Under the pieces are notes generated by a model, which worked only from the letters and a program-made list of their open reading frames with translations, made no database searches and had not been told where the DNA came from. From Phallusia mammillata (Eukaryota), in contig OZ281497.1 in assembly GCA_965637545.1 (NCBI GenBank), positions 22,816,001-22,880,000 on the forward strand: a DNA stretch of 64,000 nucleotides, given 5' to 3'. Both the position numbers and the translations under genes were made by a program. This document shows positions 23,987 to 35,949 of the stretch, piece by piece (position 1 is the stretch's first letter; each line of letters begins with the position of its first letter).

Positions 23987-26900
23987 ATGAAGTGTGTTGA
24001 CCCCCATCAATTTTTGGTCTTCATTTTTATTCACTCTTCAACGGGACAGAACAGCAGTAAGCACACTACCAGTGTTTTATCAAAGCACAAAATGTCTTTG
24101 TGTCTGATTAATCATTAAGTAATAGAATATTTGCAAAATGATTTCAACGGACTGGCACTCGCATCTCCAACGTCATTATCGCTTTATTTTCTTTAATTGA
24201 ACAAAAGAAATTGGGGAACGTGATTAGAAGTTGTGGAAAGTTAAGTGACGAGATCCAAATAATAATCTTCAGTGACGAACCACTCATTAACTTATGTCGA
24301 AATTTTAGTATTTCTTACAACTACAATCAAGTTAGTGTTGGTATTGCTGGTTGCTGTTGTTGATTAAATGAGATAAAACCAAATATTAACCCAAATAACA
24401 TTTTCTAGAAATAAGCTATTGCTGCCAGGCATAATGTATGACCAAGTATTGCTCATCCAGCAGTTTTATTGTAAACAATCGACGTTTCGACGTCTTATAC
24501 AAGACGCCTTCATCAGGATAATGACATAACCTGCAGGAAAACTTCCTTTTTAAAGCGACAAAATGCAAAACACACACATGTAAAACAGCGATAACAAGAT
24601 CGCGCGGCTGCAACTCGCACCACCGTAGCGATAAAACAAGCTCAGTGGTGTAAAAGCGACCGATAATTTATCGGCATTAGAACATTTTCTAGGTTGCAAC
24701 AACACTTTGCAAGCAGTGAAGGACAGTGTCTTGATATTATCTGACGATCTTGTGGATGCAAACACTGCACAGGAGAAATGTTCTTTGCTGGGTGGAAATC
24801 TTGCAATGACTGATGACCCACAGATCAACACAACTCTCACTCAACTCATGACAGACAAATACACGACAGGTAACGTTTGTGAAAAAAGCAGTCATGTTTT
24901 ATAAATGCGCTCCAAACCATGCTAAATCACAGTACGCCAGGCCCATTGAAGGCGCCTTACCGAATCAGCCGGTCACCAAGCATTCTCCACCATATGGCAA
25001 GGCGTAGGCTAGAAAAATCTAGGGGCCTGTGTAGCTCAGGAGCCTGTGTAGCTCAGTTGGTAGAGCGCGAGTCCCGAAAAGACTCCTGTCGTGGGTTCGA
25101 ATCCCACCGCAGGATAGATTTTTCTAGCCTACGCCTTGCCATATGGTGGAGAATGCTTGGTGACCGGCTGATTCGGTATAGCGCCTTCAATAGGCCTGTC
25201 GTACTGTGATTTATATATGAGTGTGCCGTGATCGCTGGTCTGCATAGACCATAGACGCTTCAAGGCTGATCCCAGTTATGAATTTATGTTCATCTTAACC
25301 AAACCATGCTAGTGATAAATTTGAAATCTTGTAAGCAAACTTTGTTTCAGATTTGCAGCGGGTTTATATTTTTTATGACCCCGTCACATACGAACGATAT
25401 AAATACTCAAACAATTCGGTTGAAGAGGATTTCTGGAAAAGTACAAAATCTATCGGACATCTCTGGTATTTCGACTTGCACAAAAGGTATAAACCTAATA
25501 ATCGCAAACTTGTCATTATCAAATGGATCAGCGGTTCTCCAACCTTTCAGTTATATTTTCATAGCGACCCGTTCCATCATCTCGAGGATACGCGGTCTAT
25601 AAAGCAGAATGTTTACTTTAGAAAACAAAAATCTGAATTAAAATCAATACATAATATTCAATACATAATAATATACAAAAATGAAACTAGTTTTACCAAA
25701 TTACGCTTAACAATCACCCAAAGGTAGTTTTTTACCGACAAGAATAAAAACATCAAGATTTTTCGCGAAAAATAGCCTTTTTGATAATTTGTGATAGAAT
25801 AAAGGGCATTGGTCTGTTTCTGGGAAGTACACGCAAAATTGCTTTACTGAATGAATTTTGTCGAACAGGAATACTGAAAACGCGATGGAATCAATTTACA
25901 TTTGCGAGGCTTGGAAAGACAGAAATAAGGAGAAGTGGAATGTGACCATTGAGAGAAATTGTGAAGGCAAAGACCACAATGGCAATTGGAACGGTTGGTG
26001 TTCTACTTACCTCAGTAACGTTTATTCGCAAAAATATTATGTTATATTATTATTTGATCTGAAACAGGATGGACATTGCGATATCCCTTGTTTTCCGACA
26101 CTAACATTACGAAACACCCAACAAAGATATTTAGTTATGGAAGCACAGGCAGCATGCGTTCAAGCAAGTTGCGAAGTGTTAACGAATCGTTTGAAAGCTT
26201 TACTACATATGATGGATCGTTTCTGACACCAAGTTAGCGTTTGATCTTGAAAAGTGGAGCTCACACCCTTAAAACTTTTATTATATTTGAGATATCAACG
26301 TCTTCATTGGAGCTCGTTACAACAAGTCGTTGCATGGTTGGTATTGGAGCGACGGATCTCCGGCAAACTTTCCCGTTTTCAACGTTACAACTTGCCAGCA
26401 GATAGCGTTGCATTATGGGATCGGATGGGAGCAGTCAAGCATGAAGTGCAGTGGAGAACCGGCTTACTACGCTTGTCAAGTAAAATGTAAGTAATTTCAA
26501 AACAGCGCATTGTTTTCTTCTTTTTTTTAAAAGATTTGTTTATTGTATTTCTAACGGCCTCTTTATGTTCAGGTATATTTTGACGCGGCAAAATTTTTTA
26601 AACTTTTACTTCTTAAAATAATTGTTCTTTTACGGTTTAGTAAACGTAACTATGGAGAAATTCAAATGCAACGCTTCCGCTATTAACATCAGTTGGACTA
26701 GACTCGATCAAATCATCAAAAAAAATTTGCTCACTGCTGAGGTACAGTTCCATTTACTTCCGACATCTTGTAACTTTCGTAACCAGTGATTATGTAGTTT
26801 GTAACAAATATGGTATTTAGGTTGAGGTTAAAGTTTTGGAACTCAACAGAAGAATCACAGCACCTTATACAGATCTATCGACAACCATTGGGAACCTAAG

Positions 26901-29900
26901 TTTTGCAACTAATTATAACATTATGGTAAGTAATGTAAATTATGTTTTAAACAACTGGCATGTTATCTATGTAACATCTTGTCTGAAAATCACATTGTCC
27001 CAAAAGAGTAAAAACATAACAAAGCTTTTTTTCATAACTATTTAAACCAAGCAATGGTAAAGTAATAAAATAAAATATACCAACACACGGTTGACATTCC
27101 GTTGGATATTTACAGGTCACTACATTGCTTACCGGATGCCTAAACGCTAACGTCTCAACATCCATATCAGTGACAACTTATGGAAATCCCCCATCGAGTT
27201 GCTATCCTCCAGGTAAGCAAACGTGTTGTGTGGTATTTTAAATTCCAAGAATTAAGCAGGAAATATTTACCATACCCAAGCCTTAACAACGATTTTTAGT
27301 AAACACCACTGCAAAGACATTCCCATGCAACGCTTCAACTGTGCTTGTCAGTTGGACTGGACTTGATCAATTCATTATCAACAACGGCTTAACAGCACAG
27401 GTACTATCAAATAATTTTGTGTTTTGTTTCCTATCAAATGAAAAATAAATCACAAACCTCATGCAGGTTAAGATTCGTGCCAGGTATTTTAATCAGACAA
27501 TATCTGTTCCATATTCAGACAATTCCACATATATAGAAGATCTTACTTACTTCACTTTCTATGAATTCCAGGTCAGCTCTTTTTCTTTTACAAATAGTTA
27601 ACCCGAAAAATAAGAACTTATTGTGTATTGACAAAACATTGAAATAAATACAACAATAAGCACAAGATTGAAGACAATAAATTTGTTGTTGCACTGTTTG
27701 TATTCCAGGTCACAGTGATTGTCACTGGTTCAATCAACACAAACATCACATCCAATCTGACAGTAACAACTCCGGGTAATCCCCCTCAAAGCTGCTATCC
27801 TAAAGGTGAATTGCAATGGATTTTTTTCTTTGCGGAAATAAAACCGGTTGAATAGGTTGGTAATAATGTTTTCTGAGAAGCGAGTAAAGTGTTTACTTGA
27901 TAGCTCATTGGTTAGTGCTCACAAGGTTGCCGCTTCTAATCTTGTCCAGAGCATTTTTGTATTTTTGAGCAAGAAGTTTGGGCGGCATGGCTTTAATACA
28001 TTGGAATCTAAAGGATTAAAATATATCAGAAACTTAGAAAAACAGACGACCTTTGTGAATATGACTCATTTAGCCTGAAACGAGGATGAAACCGAAAAAA
28101 ATATAACAAACGTAAATGATGTAGAGCAAAACATTAATCGTCCCTGTAGCTTTCCAAATATTCTAAACATTTGCAATGCAACGACTTTTGTAGTAAACGC
28201 GACTGCACAGACATTCCCATGCAACACTTCAACTGTGCTTGTCAGTTGGACTGGACTTGATCAATTCATCAACAACAACGATCTAACAGCACAGGTGCAA
28301 AAACGTTTGTTTTGTTATTTAATTCTTGTGCATTTGAATATTAAACAAGGTTTTGTTCATAATATGTCATAAGTTGACTTGAACTTCTGAAACTACACAC
28401 AGGTTGATATTTATGTCGATGGACTGAATCAAACAACCTCTGTTCCGTATTTTAATAAATCTACAGAAATAGGAAATCTCATTTACTCTACTTCGCATGA
28501 ATTTCAAGTAAGCCTCGTTTTCTTTTAGTATTAAGCCAAAAAAAAGAAAATTATAAATAATAAACCAATTATATCGGATGCTCCAGGTCACAGTGATTGT
28601 CACTGGTTCAATCAACACAAACATCACATCCAATCTGACAGTAGCAACTCTGGGCAATCCCCCTCCAAGTTGTTTTCCTGGAGATAACGCGGCCAATCCT
28701 GCCATGAGTACTGAAACGATTGCTGGTTTGGTGATCGGGATGTTGTTTCTGCTACTTGTCATCGTTGGGCTGGTGGTTATGTTCATACGTCGAAGACAAA
28801 GGTTTGTCAATAATTGATTTGGCTCACTGCGTATTTGGGTGATTTGGCTCACTGCGTATTTAGCTTCAGTCGATGCTTTGACATAGTCTACTGCTAACCA
28901 CATAAAAAACATTTACCAAACACTTTCTCGCATAAAACTGTGCAGATACTGAGTATTCATTCTTTACAATCATGCAAATCTTAACATCATAAGGATAGAG
29001 TTATTTACTTTACGAATATTAAACAAAACTTGTTTTAAGTTGAAAACGGTGTCTACCAAAACGTAGCATTTGATGCCGGGTCGAATTCCAACTTGTTCGA
29101 GTTGTTCAAGAAAAATGCTGAGTCAGGATTTCTTTTTGCCAACGAATTTGAGGTTTGTTTTGATGCAAATCAATGCCAACATGTTAAGTAGTGTGTATAT
29201 AACATGTCATAGTTTCGTTTTCGTATGTTAGTGTGATTTAAGTTCGTTCTTGTTTACGAAAAATCCAAGGTAAGACATCTGCCATCAAATCAGACAACAG
29301 TTTTTCTTCTATTGTTTGTGATTTATCCATTTTCATTTAGAAAATCCAAAACAAAAGCAGAACTAACCAGAAAACAAGGGACGTGTCACAGTTGCCGCAA
29401 AATGCTGTGAGAAACCGATACAAGAATATTTTTCCGTGTAAGTATTAAAACAAAAAATTTCCAAGTGGTAATTGTTTTGCTTTTTTTAGTGTTGGCAATA
29501 TGGTGAAGTCAATTGAAAATAATCAGTAAATTAGTTTAACAGCAACTTGTTCAAATTTACAGTTATTTATGAGCACACGTACCGATCATTACATTCCTGT
29601 CACAAGTTGTTTTGTCACACAAAGGCAATATTAAACCTTTGCGGATCATGTCTTGTACATTATTCAAGTACATAAATTCTAAAGGTGGCTGTTTCATTTT
29701 CGCCCAGTTAATAAATGGCTGAAGGCTGGATTTCACACATTGTGTAAATATAATAAAGGTGTATGTTGTCAGCTAAATAGACACTGGATTTTCAAACAAA
29801 CAGGACATACATTAAATCGATGTTGTTTGCATTGCAATTGCGCTCAAACAGACCCGTGTTAAATAAAGATTTTTATTGGAATGAACAGATGTATTGATAG

Positions 29901-32900
29901 TGTTTCATTCTGATTCTACTTCTTCAACAACACACATTTTTAATAGGCTGTTTTTCTTTTGTGGTCATTTTTAATTTAATAGACTGTTTTTCTTTTCTGG
30001 TATAATTCATGACATATATAAACAGCAAACTACTTTTTTTATTCTTGTAGTTTGCTTGCTCAAACAGTAATGAATAGCCAACCTAATGTTGTTTATATAA
30101 GACTTTTGTTTTTATGCCGCACTTGTGCTGGAGATAAATCAATTGACTACTTGATTGAAAATCGGCGATTAACTTACCATATGTTTCCAGGAGTATCCTT
30201 ATATTGATCAAAATTAAGAGCCTAAACGACAAATCAATACAGAGTTTTTTTGAAAACGCGTGCAAGGTAAAATTACGAGGGCTTGCATTGCTTTCCTCCC
30301 TTTGCCGTTCATTGCAATGTGACTGATACGTGTGTAATTGGCTTCCAGTATAACTTGTGTTTGTTCAATAGATGATCATGCTCGAGTGATTTTGCAAGGA
30401 AGCGGTGGAAACGATTACATCAACGCCGCTTATATACCGGGTTACGATAACGAGAGGAAGTTCATCGCCACTCAGGGTCCGAAGAAGGAGACAATCAACG
30501 ATTTCTGGTTGATGGTTTGGCAGGAAAACTCCAACATCATCATAATGCTTACCGGCTTGAGGGAAAACGGAAAGGTTGGTTTTAAACCATGTTTCGGTAA
30601 ACATAATCGTCTGTTGGTTTACTATGTTGGTGTTGCAAAAACGCGTTTTTCTGCAGTCAAAGTGTGAACAATACTGGTCCGACCTTAAATCTGAAAGGAA
30701 ATTGTCGCCAGACCTTACAGTTCAAACACAACTTGAAACAACCATTGGTGGAATCGTTCAACGACAGTTCGTCATATCCACGACAACAGTAAATAAAATG
30801 TTTGTAACAAACAGTTTGTAGTTGCTTGGGGAGATTACGTTTGATGATTGTGTTTCCTTAAGCATTCGAAATAATTCTTAGCGTAATGTGGCTTGAAGGT
30901 ATTCATGTTCAAATGCACACTATGTTTAGCTGGTTACCATTATGCAAACGCATGAGGCTGCTAATTGGAAATGCACAAATCGACACAAAAATATAGACTT
31001 AGATTTTGCCTTGGATTAAACCGATTATCCCACTTACAACATTACAAACATGAAAAGAAAGAAGTCTAACTTTGCCCATTAAACAATTGTTTCGTTTCCC
31101 AGGAACAACAAAACACAGCTGCAGTTTACATCTTGGCCCGATCATGGGATTCCAGTAACTACATCCAACATGATCCACCTACGAAACATGGTCGATGATT
31201 TGCAAAACACAAATGCACCAATCATTGTACACTGCAGGTAAAGATTTGACAAATCCTATTTTGATTTGATCATTCAAATCAAGCATATGTTTTATGTAGT
31301 GCTGGAGTGGGACGCACAGGTACTTACATAGCAATGGACACTTTGTTTCATGAACTTGACGACAAAGGAAGAGTTGATGTTCCACGAACCGTGATGAGAA
31401 TGAGAGAAAATCGAATAGACATGATACAAAATGCGGTGAGGTTTGAAAATTAGACTTTGTTATGTCAGGTTTTGTGAATTATTTTTCGTTACAAAATTAT
31501 TTAAATGTAAGTTGCTTGGTAAGTTAAGCAAAATGGGTTTTGACAATGCCTTTCAAATATTTAAGAATTCTACATGGATGTATTTTTGCAGCAATAGTTT
31601 TAATTATTATTGTTACAGAAACAATACATGTATGTCTACAAACTGCTTATGGAGCGTGAGAGTTTAATGGAAACAGATAAATATGTTACGAAACTGCAAT
31701 CAATGACTTCGAATGAAATGTGAGCAACCCTATGACATTCCTAGCCTATGTGCATTGACTCGATTGTAAAACTAGCTAATAAGAAGTCAAATAAATAGTG
31801 ATGGTTGCGAATAATACACAACTGATAGTTGTTTATGTTGTAATGTACAACAAGCATCTTGTATTGATTTTTTAAACTTTTAAAATGCTGGAGCAAGAAT
31901 TCAAAACATTGTCATCGTGGAGATTTGGTGAGAAATGGCAGGAAAATCACCCACAGTTGAGAACATGTAAATAAATGTCTTGCAATGTTAGACATCTATA
32001 ATCACCCTGTTAAAAATGAATTTAGATAAGAACACTTCGATCAAACTTTGGGACAACAAATAACATTCATGAGTTGGATGCTTCATACATTCAGGTGAAA
32101 TTACTAACATTTGCTTATAATGATCAATGTGGAAAACCGTTTTCGACATTTCCATAAAACACTATGTATTTCTTTTAATATACAGAACCATGGCTCTTCA
32201 GGCTTCATCGCGGCAAGAAATCCTGCAGCTGGAGAACATGAAAACTTCTGGAAGATGATTGTGGAGAAGAAATCTTTGGTTGTTGTTGATTTGGAGAGCA
32301 GCATTGATGTAAGTTTGTCAAAAATTTTGCCGAAAATTGTTTTATGCTTTCAAAAACATGTTACCATTTTTAGATTCCACTCAATGCAGCTTTACAATAT
32401 GAAGACATTTCGGTATCAGTTCGTGATGTGAATGAAAGCAACGTTTACAATATAATAACTCTCGACGTCTGGTCTGCAACCAACGCCTTTGTGAGTTTAG
32501 TTTACTTATAATAAAAACAAAGCAGTTGCGATACTTGTTGTTCTCACATGTTGAATACAACCTTTATTTTCTTGTCAGGCTGCCCAACAATTGATGCTTC
32601 TGCAAGTCAAGGGATGGAGTGACGTGAAACGACCTCCGAAAGTAATGGATTTCATCAAAATTATTGAAGAAATGCAACGGCAAAAGTCTAAACAGAATTG
32701 CAAGTGTGTGTTGGTAGGATGCAGGTGAAAAACAATTTATTATATTAAGTTCAAAATCAACCGACCTTCACTAAATGTCTTAAATTAATAAAACGCTTCA
32801 CACAATGTCATTTTTACTATTGTAGCTCTACATTGAAAACTACATTAATCAAATTCATTCGAGTTTTATTCACTTAAATTAAACTTACTAAATTCTTTCG

Positions 32901-33183
32901 TGTAATGCCGCAGTAACGGATCAACCAGAACTGGGACCTTCATCGCTCTGGTGAACATTCTTGAACGTTTGAAGGCACAAAAGCGGGTGGATGTATTCCG
33001 AACTGTGAAAGACCTGAGAGATATGAGACCGAATATGGTCGACAACAAGGTAATTCAAGTAAGGTTTGTGTTTACAGATATCCTCTTTTAATAATGATGT
33101 TGTTACAGGAACTCTACAAGTTCTGCTACTCGGTCGTCATGCAATATCTTTCTGATTTCGACACTTATTCAAACTATAAATAA
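23987..33183 (+). CDS. Copy D: lectin-like / 3xFN3 / TM receptor with an intact ectodomain and decayed tandem PTP exons
   Basis: Exons 23987-24056, 24693-24869, 25351-25486, 25869-26014, 26068-26232, 26292-26486, 26641-26741, 26821-26925, 27116-27212, 27300-27400, 27467-27571, 27709-27805, 28194-28294, 28403-28507 and 28587-28801 (TM) are all in frame. PTP-half exons are 29040-29152, 29341-29437, 30372-30574, 30657-30788, 31103-31237, 31300-31435, 31619-31719, ~31878-31967, 32026-32094, 32186-32308, 32374-32490, 32579-32724, 32914-33049 and 33109-33183, carrying four lesions (see findings). Confidence 0.8.
24409..24680 (-). mobile_element. Penelope-like terminal-repeat fragment with a minimal hammerhead ribozyme motif
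   Basis: The - strand reads CTGATGA-aggcgtcttgtataagacgtc-GAAACGTC (24481-24516), followed by AATAAA. The 12-bp TSD AACATTTTCTAG lies at 24397-24408 and 24681-24692. The terminus ATGCCTGGCAGCAATAGC is shared with 42270-42290. Confidence 0.75.
24925..25298 (+). mobile_element. tRNA-derived SINE with a 5' inverted duplication of its own body (fold-back)
   Basis: 13-bp TSD CCAAACCATGCTA (24912-24924, 25299-25311). tRNA-like head at 25042-25115 with A box TAGCTCAGTTGG and B box GGTTCGAATCC. Inverted arms at 24925-25021 and 25115-25211. Confidence 0.8.
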
Positions 33184-34091
33184 ACTTGAAGTTAACTATA
33201 CTAGTAATATTTTACGAGCGATTACATATATGTAACGATTTTAGAGTTTTTATTCAACAAAATGAGTAAAGTGAGTCATGAGTTGAAAAGTTTTTTCGTG
33301 AAACAAACTATTTGTGTCGGCCTCTTTAGCATGTTTACGTTTGTGTGTATCGAACTGTCGTTGTCGCATAAAAAGTGCGTTTTCGTTGTTAGTCAATCTT
33401 TTAACATTGAACTGCTGTTGGCAATGTCTTGTCTGTTTCATTGTATTAAGGTAGAACGGAAAACTTTCTGTTATCCGACTTGTTATCGGGACTATGTAAA
33501 CTACACTACTGCTCAATTACTCGTTTCAAGATTTTGAAATGCTTTTGTCTGAAAGCAATATACCTAAAAAGTTTAGTAGCTGATTTGTTGTGAGCATGTG
33601 TGGAGCCACAACATAGGTGAACACATCGAACGAGTGTTCTACAGTCAAATATTTGCGAATTAAAGCATTCTACCACTCCGTATTTTTAGGATGCAAGGAC
33701 AGTACGTAGTGTAAGAGGGTTATTTGTGACCGGTTGCGTTGACTGCAAATACTTGATATCAGTCTTTCCAAAAAAATCCCACTCACATAGCTGCTTTCCA
33801 ACTGATTTAGACGGCTTTTTCTTGTTGGGATTATAAGGTTGAAGTCTAATTCACGTGTCGTAATTTTCCTGTTCGAATTTGTAAGTTTCGGCGTCAATCG
33901 AGCTTAAATTTTAACAAATTAATGATCAGGCTGTGCTTCGAGCTGGTAGTTTCGGGTTCGGTCCCAAACTTCGTACTTTTCCATTATGACTTTGTCATCA
34001 AGTACCGCATGTATTGTGTCACCCGGAACGATCTTCAAATCCTACGTTTACCACTAGGAAGTGACAAAGAGACTGGCTGAAGAATTTAAAC

Positions 34092-34420
34092 CAGGGGTTC
34101 CCAAACTTTTTTGGTCTGTGGCCCAAATGTCTATTTAACAGCGATTCGTGGCTCACCGCGTGCTGCAAATTTGGGGACAAAATAAAAAATAACTCAAAAA
34201 CAGGCGAAATGGTTTCTAGCATATTATTTTAATGAGATACATGCTCCTGAAATTTGGCTACAAGATACGGAATTCTTTGCAAAAATTACGTTTTCAAAAC
34301 AAAGCGCATAATATCTACAGTATAACAAAACAGTAGAATCTGTTCAAATGGCTCTGTGGCCCATTGAAAATGTCTTGGTGGACTAGTACTTGGCCATGGC
34401 CCACAGTTTAGGAACCACTG
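34092..34420. mobile_element. hAT-type MITE
   Basis: TIRs CAGGGGTTCCCAAAC ... GTTTAGGAACCACTG; near-perfect 8-bp TSD ATTTAAAC/CTTTAAAC. Confidence 0.8.
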
Positions 34421-35949
34421 CTTTAAACGCATCTTACATGTTATCGGATTTTATCCAAAGCAAATAGACGCTGAGACGGACGTTTTGAGGCATAATAAAC
34501 CGAAGCCAAATCATTTAAATTTCTAGATATATTCCTTCACACAACACATTGTCTGGTAAACATTCATCAAATCATATCTAGACTGTTGCAAACAAGCAGA
34601 ATGGAGTTACAAAGCTAAAGCATAAAAAAGGCCCAGTTTGCTTTTAAAATAACTCTCAGAAAAAAGCAGTACCACGAGGCAGACAACTCAGAGATTTCAA
34701 TTGTTTGCAGTTGAAAGCTGCAGGGAGATAAGGTCGCAATAACGCAGCTGGTGACCATTTTATAGCCAGATTTCGGCAAACTAGTCTGTCAGGAGAAACA
34801 GGCTGAACATCTCACTGCATAACTGTTCAATGTTTTTGTTACAAAGGTGCTTTTTGAAACAAAGTGCATCCTTTAGCAAATGGTAACAACAAGCAGAAGC
34901 AAAATGATTTTTTGAATGCAACGAAACAACAACTTTATACTCTAATGACTTCAAAAAGACTCATTGAAAAAATTAAAGCTCAAGTTTCGCTTACCGTTAG
35001 AAAAATCACGTGTGACCTTCACAAGACACCAATGTCAACCGGATCGAAACTGACACGTTTAAAACTCGCATTTCAAGATACAGCAACACTAAGGGCACCA
35101 TAGAGTGTGTGTGACGCAATAAGGATTTAACTTCAACACTTCAGTGACAATTCATTGCATTGCGCATAAACTTAAAAGCTTGGAAGACACAAGTCCACAA
35201 ACCGCATGTGCGTTTTTTCGGTGCTATGCCGTTGATTCAGCTTTCTTAAGTTGTATAAAAACCGGAACGGTGAATTTAGAGTAAGATAAGTTTACTGCGT
35301 GGCGTGTTAATCTCACTAGTATTGAATATTTTCTGTTGCAGGTACCACACTTAACAAACCAGACATCTTACATCATTAAGCGGTAATTAAACGACAAAGG
35401 TTACGTTTTGTATATTTCCATGCAAAAGGAATTCCGTAAGGTATGGTAAGTAAGTCGCTACTGATTGGTAATATTCGAATTACAGAGGCTACTGCAAAGT
35501 TTTCTAGTCTAGGTCATGTTACAACAAACCTAATGATTCAGTTTGAACATTGTGCAATAGTGCGTACTGTGATGTATGCATGAGGAAATATGACGCTTAC
35601 TCAATCGTTGCTCTGTAGAACTACTCCAGAGCTAATCCTCGTAACGAGTTCAAATTACAGTCAGTGGTATCTTGATGCGGTCGATGCAGTGAATCATTTC
35701 TATTATGTACAAGAAACTGAATTAAAGATAATTAGTCAGAGGTAAAGCAACAAGTCTTCGTTAGTCACAAATGCAGAGCAGGCAATCGTAATGGCTGTTT
35801 CGTGAGTCTGTTGTAAAGTTAGGCCAGGATGTATAGAGAGTCGTGTCCGTAATATGATTGAGTTTATCAAAACGCATAATTAAAATGAAACGGCTTATGT
35901 AAACCTCGTTTGTGTACTGTGTTTCGTAGATACAGAAACAGACACAGCA

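Noticed and set aside
25042-25115. tRNA-Phe(GAA) gene
   Set aside because: It folds as a cloverleaf but has a G1-A72 mismatch, C at position 33, an extra base before the anticodon stem and no oligo-T terminator. It is embedded in a TSD-flanked insertion, so it is a SINE head.
28802-29039. Hidden juxtamembrane micro-exon rescuing the frame of copy D
   Set aside because: The AG...GT candidates I tried (after 28863, 28869, 28946) give the wrong phase or a stop. A non-canonical exon cannot be fully excluded without cDNA.
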